From contig NC_058368.1 of NCBI RefSeq assembly GCF_018350175.1, positions 25,546,001 to 25,610,000 of the forward strand: DNA of 64,000 nt. The letters are read 5' to 3'. The notes beneath the pieces are model-generated. The model made no database searches. It saw only the letters and a program-made list of their open reading frames with translations, and was not told where the DNA came from. Below, piece by piece: positions 49,941-61,900 of the stretch. This stretch comes from Felis catus. Its lineage: Eukaryota. The position numbers and the translations under genes were made by a program. Each line of letters starts with the position of its first letter. The first letter of the stretch is position 1.

Positions 49941-52900
49941 TTTTTAAACATTTATTCATTTTTTGAGAGACAGAGAGAGACAATGCGAGGGACTGGCAGA
50001 GAGAGAGGGAGACACAGAACCTGAAGCAGGCTCCAGGCTCTGAGCTGTCAGCCCAGAGCCCAACTCGGAACCCATGGACTGTGGGATCATGACCCAAGCT
50101 GAAGATGGAAACTTAACTGACTGAGCCACCCAGGCACCCCATGACAACCTCATTTGAAAAAAGACTAAATAAATACTTGTCTACCTTACGTGATGTGAGG
50201 ATTTATTCAAAGGGTGACGAAATATTCCGGTTCTCCCTCCCCCAATTGACCTGCTTGCATATCTGAAATTGGATCATTAAAGATCCATTCCTATCTAGGA
50301 TCGAGTATCAACAGTTGGTAATATCACAAAAAAAGAGATAAGCAGGCATAAAGTGCCTCCTGATGAAAGAACACAATACCACCTATGAAACGGTCTTGTG
50401 AAAAAGAGCAAATCTGAATCTGGTTGATGTGCAACTCAACCAAAGTACTGCATCTTCAGGAACAGAATGTATTAAACTCTATTACAGAGATGCCATCACC
50501 AAAATCCTGAGTGGCGGGGGGGGGGGGGGGGGGGGGGAAGGGTGGAATAACTGGGTTTTTTCTTTTAAACAAATAAAGTAAGGGGCGCCTGGGTGGCTCA
50601 GTCGGTTAAGCGTCCAACTTCAGCTCTGGTCATGATCTCACGGTCCGTGAGTTCGAGCCCCGTGTCAGGCTCTGTGCTGACAACTCAGAGCCTGGAGCCT
50701 GCTTCGGATTCTGTATCTCCCTCTCTCTCTGCCCCTCCCCTGTTCATGCTCTGTCTCTCTGTCTCAAAAATACATAAAAACATTAAAAATTTAAATAAAT
50801 TGAAAGAAAAAAGAAAGAGGCAAGCTATAGATTAAGAAACTAAAAAGATAGAGCAGGCAATTGTAATTTATATGGACCTTATTTGGATCCTGATTGAAAA
50901 ATAAATTGTAAAAAAAAAAAGAATTATGACATTGATGATATTATGCCTTTTTTTTTTAAGAGTCTTAATCTTTTAGAGAACATTATAGACAAAGGGGGAA
51001 GTGGACGGTGATAGAGATGAAAGGAGATTGGCAATGAGTTGATAATTAAGCAGCTGGATGATGGGTACATGAAGGTTTGATATATTATTGAAATTTCCAT
51101 CCTCAAGAATTAAAAACATAAAAATGCTCCCTTTGGAGCCCCCTTTTGGGGGGCTCAAAAGGCTTTTTTTAAAAAGGTAAGTCATTCCCAGTAGGTTAAC
51201 ACATTAACAAATGATAAATTATTCACATCTTAGCCCTTGACGTTTCTAAGAGCTGACGTGAAATGTTCACCCTCCTCAGCCCTGCCTTTTACCACCTCAG
51301 CCCCCCCCTTCTCCAGCTCCCCCCTCATTGACGCCCAGCCAGTCCCCCCACACCCTCCACCTTCCTGCACCTATCTCCTGTTCGTGCCATCCTGTCTGCC
51401 GGAATGCTCCCTCTTCCATCCCCTACTCGGCTGACGCCACCAATCTTGAAAGATTCAGACCAGTGTCGCTTTCTCCCAGCGCCCCGTCATTGTCCTCCAT
51501 TGGAACATATCACCGCACCCTTGATGCGCACCTAGGAGCTTTGATCAAACTGCTGTCTCCATACACTCAGCACGTCGTGTTACATTGTAATGGAGAATTC
51601 CACCTTCTTCTCCAGTTTAAATCACAATAGATATTTTGGGTGGATTACCTCTTTTGGTTAATCTATCTAATCTCAGCAGGGTGAGACCACCTTCGTTGAG
51701 AGGCAGGGTTAAGGCCTGTCCTTTAGCCGGAGTTAAGCAGGCGGTACTCAGGTTTAATGGTGTGGATCCCCGCAAACTCAAATAGCTACAGGTGCTGACA
51801 GGTTGTGTGTCTGAGGGAGGCAGGCCGAGGAGAGACTAGCAAAAGGGAGAGCCCGTGCCCTTGCTGAAAGGTGTTTTACCACCTAGCTCAGTGGGCTGTG
51901 GGCCCCGGGGCACGAGGGCCCAATATTGTCAGGCCTTCTGATTTTTCCTTTTTTTTTTTTTTTAACGTTTATTTATTTTTGAGACAAAAAGAGACAGAAC
52001 ATGAACGGGGGAGGGTCAGAGAGACAGGGAGGAAGACACAGAATCTGAAACAGGCTCCAGGCTCCGAGTAGTCAGCACAGAGCCCGACGCGGGGCTCGAA
52101 CTCACGGACCTCAAGATCATGACCTGAGCCGAAGTCGGCCGCTTAACCGACTGAGCCACCCAGGCGCCCCAGGCCTTCGGATTTTTCAAGAAAATCTAGG
52201 CATCTCCTCTTGCATAGGCTCCTTCCGGGGCCCAAATGTTGTATAAAACTTGCAAAAATAAGATACCGTGTCTGTAATCAGTTAAGGCTGCTGTCTCCTT
52301 CTACTTTGCTTTCCTTTATGTCATTCTCCCTCTAAAAGTGGGTGGCACTGGAGTGGATGTAGACATTTCTGGAATCCAAGTGTAGTAGAGGGAAGTTGAC
52401 TTGGGGGTGTGTTTAGTGGGATGTATTTAATCATGGTTGGCGGCCATTTACATGTATAATTCAGTTACTACCAGTCATGCTGGCCTGGGAATAACTTCCA
52501 GAAATTCTACCACCCACTGGACAATTCACCTAGAACTGTGATGTGTTACTTAAAGATGAAAAGACAGAGGTGAGAGGTGGTATGATATATACTTTTTTTT
52601 TTTTTTTAAGTTTAATCATTTATTTTAAGAGAGAAAAAGTACCAGTGTGGGGAGGGACAGAGAGAAAGGGAGACATAGAATCCGAAGCAGGCTCTAGGTG
52701 GAGCCCAACACGGGGCTCGAACTCACGAGCCACCATGAGATCATGAACGGAGCCAAAGAGTTGGACGCTCAACCGACTGACCCACCCAGGTGCCCCAAGA
52801 GGTCGTACGATATAAACCCTGAGTGACCAACATTGGAAACATGTAGGTGGGGAAAAAGTAACAAGGCATACAATGAATGGAAACAGAAACAAGTCTATGG

Positions 52901-53703
52901 AAAAGTCATACACTTCTTAGATGAATAAAACTCTCTATAAAATTATGTTACATTTTATACAAATAGAGGCATAAGAGTCCAGCACTGTCAGATCTTTTGA
53001 TTTTTTTCAAGAGTAATCAGAGGCCCATATGTTTTGGAGATATCTGCGGAATGAAATGGTGGCCAATAAAAAAATATATTTTTTGCAATATATATGGAAA
53101 ATATTGAAATTGAGAGGCAACTCATTAAAATATTGTTACTTTTTAAGTATCAGCTTCTTAAAATTAGAAATTTGAAAAATTTTTTTTCATTCTAACCCAT
53201 GGGTTTTTAGCTTTTTTTCCTATGGCCCTCTGTGGCAGTGTGAAGCAGCCTATTAACCTCTTCTCAAAATAATGTTTTGTTGTTGTTGTTGTTGTTTTAA
53301 TTTTTTTTTTTAATTTTTATTTTTAAGTAGGCTCCATGCCCAACCTGGGGCTCGAACTCATTACCCTGAGATCAAGAGTTGCATGCCCTACGAACTGAGC
53401 CAGCCAGGCACCACAGAGTAATGTTTTTAAATGTATAAAATAAAGTATATATGATTACAAAGGACACCACTGAAATACAGTTTTAAATGAACCAATTTAT
53501 AATGTCATATTTGCTTCCGCGTGCATTAAATACAAAGATTCACTGGCAGACCTAATAACTACTGAAATATTAAAGTCATGATGGACGGGGCACCTGGGTG
53601 GCTCGGTCCGTTAAGCATCTGACTCTTGATTTCGGCTCAGATCATGATCATGGTTCATGGGATCAAGCCCCACATCGGTCTCTGCACTGACAGCCTGCTT
53701 GGG

Positions 53704-53745
<42 letters not shown>

Positions 53746-55020
53746 CCTCCCCCTCCTCTATCAAAATAAATAAGTAAACTTAAAAAAATAATGATGAGCA
53801 TAAAGGATATTCTGAACTATCTGTACAATTGCATTGTCATATGTGACAAAATCAAAGTATTATTATTAGTATAAAGTATGGTTATTAGTATTTAGTATAA
53901 AGTCAAAGTACTGTATTAGTGACAAGGTCAAAGGTAATGTTCTTACTACTGTAGTGTGTTGCTTGCATTTATAATAGAAAAATATACTAATTTTCAGTTA
54001 CAGGTTAAAGAAAATAAAGATGTACTTTTTTTCTACCCATGTGCATACCTCCATAGGAGGGTGTGAAAAGGTGTCCATGGACCCCCAAGGTAAGAACGCC
54101 TTACAACAGCCACTCTCATACCTAACTCTGGAGTCATAATTTTATGTTTATTTCCTTAAGTGGGGCCTCCCCAGTTATATCAGCTTTAGGCCCTATAACA
54201 CCTGGATCTTCAAAATAAACCCGGGCAATGACCACTTCTCATCATCTTCACAGGGAACACAGGGCCAAGCCACCGCCATTTTTCATCTGCCACTGTCCGC
54301 AGGCTGGCTAACTGCTCTGCCCAGGACCCGGTCTATTCTCCCTTCACCCGCAGGCGGGTGAGCTTTAACAACCCCAGTCCCTTCTGTAAGGCCTCCAACA
54401 CACCCTCCCACAGCTTCCCAGGTCTCTGGAGGAGGCCCACCGTGAGGTGGTCCCCTGCCCTGTGATTTCATCTCCAGCAACCCCCCTCACTCAAATATCC
54501 CCCCCCCACACTCCTGGCTTTCTTTTTCCCGGGGATGTCCACGTGGCTTACATTTCTTCTCATTTCTTAAGGTCTCTGCTCTCCTATCAGCAAGGAAGAC
54601 CTTTCCTAACCAACCACCTAACAGAGCAACCCTCCTGGATACGGTATTACCTCCTGATACGTTATATATTTCCCGGCTACTGTTTATCCCTCTCCCTGCA
54701 CCCATTAGAATGGAAGTTCCACGAAAACAGGGACATGTCAGGGCCATGTGTTTTTTTTTGTTTTTGTTTTTCTTTTTTTTTTTTTTTCTTTTTTTTTTAG
54801 TTTTAGTGTCTAGAATACTTTCCACCGGGCGCTTTGTAGATATTTGCTGAATAATTGACAAAACAAGAACTCGGCGCAGAAAAGAATATGAGCTTAAAGT
54901 CTAACAAGGGTGTTGACATTGAGCAAAATTCTGCGTGGAAAGAAGAAATGCCAGGAAAAGGCCCAAAATTCACGTTTCTGGAAAGCAGACTGTACCCGCT
55001 GCCCCCCATCTCTCACTTTT

Positions 55021-55234
55021 TATTTTTTTTTCAACGTTTATTTATTTTTGGGACAGAGAGAGACAGAGCATGAACGGGGGAGGGGCAGAGAGAGAGGGAG
55101 ACACAGAATCAGAAACAGGCTCCAGGCTCTGAGCCATCATCCCAGAGCCTGACGCGGGGCTCGAACTCCCAGACCGCGAGATCGTGACCTGGCTGAAGTC
55201 GGACGCTTAACCGACTGCGCCACCCAGGCGCCCC
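55021..55234 (-). mobile_element. Young feline SINE next to the orphan CpG island
   Basis: 15-bp TSD catctctcacttttt at 55007-55021 and 55236-55250; CpGs retained. Confidence 0.93.
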
Positions 55235-55479
55235 GCATCTCTCACTTTTTAAACAGAGTCAAAGGCCTCAAGGGCCATTTGCCTGCCCACCGCTGCTTGC
55301 CCCCTCGTAGGGCCACATGTCAAGATATTTGTCCGGAAAATCGCCATTATTATGGTGACGTTTAAAGGTGTTTACCTGTCTGCTTTTGGTGTAGCGCCAG
55401 ATCTTCTGGGGACATTCAATGGACACACAGACTTTTTGGAGGGACTTGTGATGTGGACCCCTGCGGACCATCCTAGGGA

Positions 55480-56320
55480 AAAATCAAAGACCCACCGTTC
55501 AGAACCACACCCACAGCCCTAGAGAGGAGGACAGATTTCTGTCTGCCGGAGACGGCTGGGCGCCCCCTCGGAAGTGCGGCAGCCACAGACCCACGACCCG
55601 CCGGCCCTCCCCCGCCTCCGTCCGCTCCCGGGCGTCCGAGAGTCCCCGGCGCGCGGCCGCCCTCCCCGCCCCGGGCCCCCCGCCCGCGCCACCCCTGCCC
55701 ACAGCGGCGAGGACAGGGGGGCCGGCTCCGGGAGCAGGGGCCGGGGTGGGGGTGGGGGTGAGGTGGGACCGAGCACTCCCCGGGAGAGGACACGGCTCGG
55801 CGCCAGCCTCGCCTCGCCCCGAGAGGCCGGGAGCGCGAGGCCGCCGGGGCCCGCAGCCCGCCCGGTGCGCGTGCTGTTCGCCAGAGGGCAACTGGTGCCT
55901 GGGGGCCGGGGGGAGGGGGGCAGGGGGCGCCTCCATCTTCCCAGCCTCTCCCGACCTGCCTTTGCCTAGCAGGATGCCCTCGAACTTGCCCAAATCGAAC
56001 AATAAGCCCCAGCAACTCCTCGGCGTGACCCCTCTCCGCCTCCCCCTCAATCCTGTTTTCCAGGGACTAAGACGAGAAGCAGCCGTTCCGGATTCGCCGG
56101 TTGCAGCCACTGGACAGACCGAGCGGCTGCTCGCTCCCTTTGGGGAGCGCGAAAGTGAAGCCTAATTGACAACTGGTTTGCAGCACAAACAGCTGAAGGG
56201 TCTTGCCTGGGGCCTCTCTCGGTGCGTCCACCGAAGGAAACGTCGCCTGGAGGGGGCGCCTGCTGCGCGGCTGGGACCGTCCTGGGAGCGGCCCAAGGAA
56301 AGAGAAAGCAAGGTCGGGAG
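55480..56320. promoter_or_regulatory. Orphan CpG island
   Basis: ~800 bp very GC/CpG-rich, with GC boxes and ETS-like cggaagtg (55570-55577); no recognisable coding exon. Confidence 0.8.
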
Positions 56321-57332
56321 AAAACACTCTTGAGGAGTACCTTTTAGGTGTAGTGAAGTTCCCTTCAGAACCAGGACGAAGCAGACATTTACAGAGCCTC
56401 AGGGAGAAGAGCCCAGACTCGGCTCTTTGCTTAGCAGCATAGTGTTCATAAAACCATTAAGTGAAAACGCACAATAAAAGACAGGTGGTACCAAAGTACC
56501 GGGATGCTGCTGCGTCCCATGATTAAAATGCTTGATGGCTAAATGGAGAGAGAGAGAGAGAAGAGAGGAGAGAGGAGAGAAAGAGAGAGTATTGCTTCTA
56601 GATATGTCTTTGCAGGAAGATACCAAACATTCTCTTGGGAATGAACGGAAATGATGCTGTTGGTACATTAAGTTCAGTCTAATTCTGTTATTATTTTGTG
56701 GTGTGGGCATGCTAAGACGGCCAAAGTGGTTAGCCTTGATCTTTTATGAATTTATTCTTTCCAAAGATATTAAGTACTATAAAGCTCTTCATGCACACAT
56801 CAGCTTTTTGTATCGTTTTGTGACTATTTTCCCTCTATTCCTGCCCTTTCCTAACTCAAAGAAAGGCAAAGGCAGGGAAAACGATGACATGGTGGGGAGG
56901 GTAAACTGATAATATTGAAATCTTGCCCCAGGGTCTTTTGGAACCAGCAAAAATTAAAATATAAGAGCAGTTGAGTTCATCATTGCTATTCTAGCTCTCC
57001 AGAAAAATTTAACAAACTTTGCAAGCATTTCTCCAAGACTTGCCAGGAGAATTAGACTGGATGGTGGAATTGCTATGATGTTATTAAAATTGGTACAACC
57101 AATAGCCATAAATCATTAGTTGCACCACTAAGGTATAGATACGTGTAGGAAAGAATGAAAAATATATGCAACACGGTAAAAAAAAAAGTATGTAGGTATA
57201 TTCTTTTTGAAAATCAAAATGCCCAGCTGTTGCATCCGTAGTGTATGTATAGAAAAGGGACTTCACTAAATTAAACTCCGATATGTACTTAAAGGGACCA
57301 GTAATGTTTGCGTGGTGTAATCTCTTAGCAGG

Positions 57333-57347
57333 CCACCAGATGGCGCG
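57333..57347 (+). promoter_or_regulatory. CTCF-binding motif
   Basis: CCACCAGATGGCGCG, near-perfect match to the CCACCAGRKGGCGC consensus in non-repeat sequence. Confidence 0.7.
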
Positions 57348-60300
57348 CAGGTTTGGTTCCTACAAAACAAGTTGTAGTTCAAAAGGCTCCGTGAGACTCA
57401 GCCCGTGACTGTTTCAACGCTTGGCCGTCTCCTTCCTGGAAGGTGGCACGGACATGCAGGGCTGGTAACCCTAGGCCCACTGATGTGAACTCGAAGACGT
57501 CCGGGCTAATGCCCGCTGCTGGCTTGGACAGTCTTGGATCTTGTTTTCTGTTGTGGTTTGCTGCTGAGGAGGAGGAAGTTCCTTCTCCCCTCTCTCCCAG
57601 CTTATCCACCTGCAAGGACTCTTCCGGTGCTGCTGATCGACAGCACTACCTGGAAAAGTGTAATTACAGCCTAATGAATAGGTAGGTATGAATGGGAGGG
57701 GGCGTCCACCCACAAATGAGTGAAATCAGTTCTACATAATCAAAAGAACTTTGTCATGTGTTCTAAAATGTAACGTTCTGAATAAATACTGGAATTCCTT
57801 TTATTTTCAAATACATATCTGAATACCTATCCTTTTATATTCAAATACACATCTGAATCTTTTTAGCCTTGTTTACTGTGACTCACTGTATTATTTATTG
57901 CTGTTACAAATAACACCCAAATTTAGTGGGTTTTTTTAATGTTTATTTTGAGAGAGAGTGTGTGTGTGTATGTGGAGGGAGAGAGAGAGCGAGAGCGAGA
58001 GCGAGAGAGAGAGAACCCCAAGCAGGCTCCCCCACTGTCAGCAGAGAGCCGGATATAGTCTCAAATTCACTAACCAGGAAATCATGACCTGAGCCGAAAT
58101 CTAGAGTACCGTGAGCTCACGACCTGAGCCGAAATCGAGAGTGGGAGGCTTAACCGACTGAGTCACCCAAGCATCCCCCCCCCCCACCCAGTTTTTGTGT
58201 TTTAAAACAATAATAAACACTGCTTATCTTGCAGCTTCTATAGGTCAGGAGTTCAGGCGTGATTTAGTTTGGGACCTTTCTCGTGAAGCTGTCAGAATGT
58301 TAAGCCGCGTCTGTAATCATCTGAATCCGGCCGGGCTGGGGCGGGGGGCACTTCTGAGAAGCTCATTCACATGTGCGCTGGTAGGAGGCCTCAATTCCTC
58401 ACCCCACGGACCTCATCCTAGGGCTGTTTTGAGCGGCCCGGTGATAGGAAGCTGGGATTCCCCAGAGCGAGAGAGCCAATAGACAGCAAGGTAGAAGGCA
58501 CAGCACCTTTCATGACCTCGCTTCGGAAGTCACACACCGTCATTCCCTCAACACCAGCCATATTCAGCGTGGGAGGGAGCGGACTACCCAGGGGTGTGAG
58601 TATCAGGAAGTAGGGGGTCCTCCAAAACCCCCTTGGATGCTGTCTACAACTGGCCTTGTTTTCCGAATGCAGATCTAAGTCTCTTTCAAATGGACATTTT
58701 ACCTTGTTTACTGTTATTCTTCCTGTTTGGAAAATGTGTACTTGAGCCACTTTTTAAACGTATACCGGAAGTGTACTTCCCTATGAGTACAAAGGCCTCC
58801 CTCCTCCCGCCGATCAGAAAACAATTTCTAAAGAGGTGTGTGTTGGGGAATGTGTGTGTGTCCTGTAATAATACAGTGCGCATATGATATCTCACAACTA
58901 TAAAAACCGATGTGTTAGGGAGAAGTTGTCTGGTAGGGAATGCTCTCGTTTCAACATTCAGACTTTCTAGCAAATGACAAATTAATAAAATTCAATAAAG
59001 GTTATTCAGGGAGTTACTGGGTCACTTTGCTTCATAATTAATAATCCCAAGAATTTTTTTGCATGGCCTGACACTAGCCGTCTGTGAATGGTACCCGGGA
59101 TGATTCTTATATTCTCTTTTCACAAATAAGGGCTCTAAGGCAGAGCAGCTTTAAGCAACTTCAGGATTGGAGACTGGCTGAGTATTTATAGTTCCAACCC
59201 ACAATGACCTTGGATGCCATTAAAAAGTTAATAGGAGACTGACTCTCGCTCAGAAAACAGCCTCCACTTCTGTCACAGCAGAGACAGTGCCCAGGCATCA
59301 AAGAGCTATGTCATTGATCCCCACACAGGATGGATGCTGCGACAGTTCCAACAGTGTCCCTTGGCTTCGGAAACGTACCTGTGTGCAATGCCCTTCGCAA
59401 TGACCTTTAGGGGGAAAGGACCTGCAAGGGTAACCCAGGCCAAGAGATTTTCTTTGTGCCGAGAAAGTCAAGCTTAACGAACATCCGGGGAATCTGGTTG
59501 TTTCTTCTTCTGTTTCCTCTTTCTTCTGAACACTAGGTCTCCACATCTTCTATACAGGGGCGCCTGGTTGGCTTAGTGAAGCATGAGACTCTTCATCTTG
59601 GGGTTGTGAGTTTGAGCTCTATGTTGGCAGTAGAGGTTCCCTAATAAAAAAAAATTAGGGGTGCCTGGGTGGCTCAGTCGATTAAGTGTCCACCTTGGGC
59701 TCAGTCATGATCTCCCCATTAGTGAATTTGAGACCCACATCATTTGAGACCTGCTTCAGATCCTCTGTCTCCCTCCCTGCCCCTCCCCCGCTCGTGCTCT
59801 TTCTTTCAAAAATAAACATAAAAAATAAAAAAAAATTAATGTTTATTTTTGAGAGAGAGAGCGAGCATGAATGGGGGAGGGGCAGAGAGAGAGAGAGAGA
59901 GGGAAACACAGAATCCGAAGCAGGCTCCAGGCTCTGAGCCATCAGCACAGAACCTGACCCGGGGCTTGAACCCACAAACCGCGAGACCATGACCTGAGGT
60001 GAAGTCGGAAGCTTAATTAACTGAGCCACCCAGGCACCCCCCCAAAAATTTTTTTTTAAGTTAAAAAAAAAAAGACTAGTAACAAAGATATTCTGTGGGG
60101 GATGGAAGTAAGCCAAGTTCCACCCAAACCATCCACCTTGGTACCCATTCTAGGACAGTTTATCTTAGTTATTAGGAACATATGGCTTTTGGAGGTAGAG
60201 AGACTTGAATATAAATTCTGTCACTTCTCATTGGCTATGTGACCCTGGGCGCTGTATTTAATCTCTCTAAGGCTCAATTTGGAATTGAGGATATGAATAT

Positions 60301-60479
60301 GAATATAATTATATGGAACATAAAGATAATTATATTATCTGTGGAATATGAAGAAAATTATATTTATCTTCCTGGGCAGTTGTGATGTGATAGATCTATC
60401 TATCTATCTCTCTAAAACCCAACATGACATTACATAGGATTTTTCTCAAAAAACTGAATAAACTCTGGGAAAAATTAGG

Positions 60480-61786
60480 GCAGTGAGAATATGTGATGTC
60501 CCAAATTTAGGTCCTCCACATGCTGGCATTTCAGGATCCCCAGAATCATGGCCAGGTTCCCACCTGCTCACCACAAAGCAAAGTCTGTTAGTTCACACGT
60601 CCTGCCCACACATAAAGCTCCTAATCAAACAGCCAAGTCCCTTATTTAAAAAATGTGAACAAATAAGCAAGAATCATAAAGAAAGCCTGCAGCACAAAAG
60701 AGAAAGAGATAATTCACAACAAACAGAAAACAGAAATAATTCAGGAGACAGAAAAGAACAACAACAAACAATACCCTCTAATTAACATCCTCAGAGAAAT
60801 TCACAAAGGCAGAACAGCTATAAAGGATGACATGAAATTAACAAAAAATAAACAGAGCTCTTGGAGATGGAACAATTTTAATTAAAAACCTTATAAATTG
60901 AAGGATTGGAAGATAAAAATGGGGACATTTTGCAGAACAAATTTTCTTATACAACAAAATAAAAAATTGCAAAGATTAGACACTTAAAGAATCAGTCTAG
61001 GAACCGAGCTCTGATTGACAGTAGCTCAAAAGAGAGCGAACGGAGAAAATGGAGGAGAGGAAATTATGAAAGAAATATAACAAATAATTTCCCTGAGATG
61101 AAGGGATGTCTTCAAACTAAATGCTATATTGAGTGTTGAGCCCAGTAAATGTTAAAAGTCCCATACTAGGACACCTCAGGTATTTCACTATTACATACCA
61201 GAAAAGACAATGTGTCTTAGCATGGGTCACATTTAGTAAAACGTCAGAACGCTGAAGATAAAGAACACTAAAACACCCCAATAAAGAAAAATATTAGTAT
61301 CAGTCCCAGGAACTATACGCTAAGTACCAGGAATTCTTCAAAGCACTACTCTATTAAATCATTGAATCGTTAACAACAGCCCTATGAGTAGATGCTATCG
61401 TCATTCCTGCTTCACAGACAAGGAAACTGAAGTCACCAACAGTGACAAGAGTCAGCAAACAGTAAAAGAGCCAAGGTGGAAACTCGCCAGTCTACTGGCA
61501 GGGCCCACTCCCTTAACCACTACACACACACCCTCGCAACACTTCACCCCCACGAGGGAGGTGCAGCCTTCTCCGGCCATACTGGATGCTAAACAGAATG
61601 GCTCAATGCCTCAGTATTTCTGAAGAAAATGATTTCAGCCTGTAATTCTATACCCAACCAAATTATCAATGAGGGAGGAGGGAGAATAAAGACATTTTCA
61701 GGCAGTTCAGATGGAGAACACTTGCTTCCTATATACCTTTTTTTAGCAAGCTATTTTGAGGATGTAATCCTCAAAAATGAGGGAGA

Positions 61787-61819
<33 letters not shown>

Positions 61820-61900
61820 AAGAGTAGTAAGAGGACTCCCCAGAATGACAGAGATGTGTGATCCAGTTTAAAGAAAGATGACTGAAGTTCCCGGAGAGGA
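60480..61900 (+). mobile_element. Degenerate old L1 (ORF1-region) fragments
   Basis: A-rich, with L1 ORF1-like motifs (aattctatacccaaccaaattatca...ataaagacattttca). Similar old L1 pieces at ~3840-4310, ~11900-12410, ~17600-19190, ~50300-51100. Confidence 0.55.
61788..61819. repeat. (AAC)n microsatellite
   Basis: Read directly; others include (TTG)n ~45320-45356 and (AC)n ~1274-1296. Confidence 0.95.

Noticed and set aside
55473..56165. Long ORFs (131-203 aa) on both strands
   Set aside because: Low-complexity G/P/R/A translations expected from stop-poor CpG-island DNA; no recognisable domain.
3101..60116. Many recurring ORFs such as ...GAWVAQSVKRPTSAQVMIS...
   Set aside because: Translations of Can-SINEs, not genes or tRNAs.
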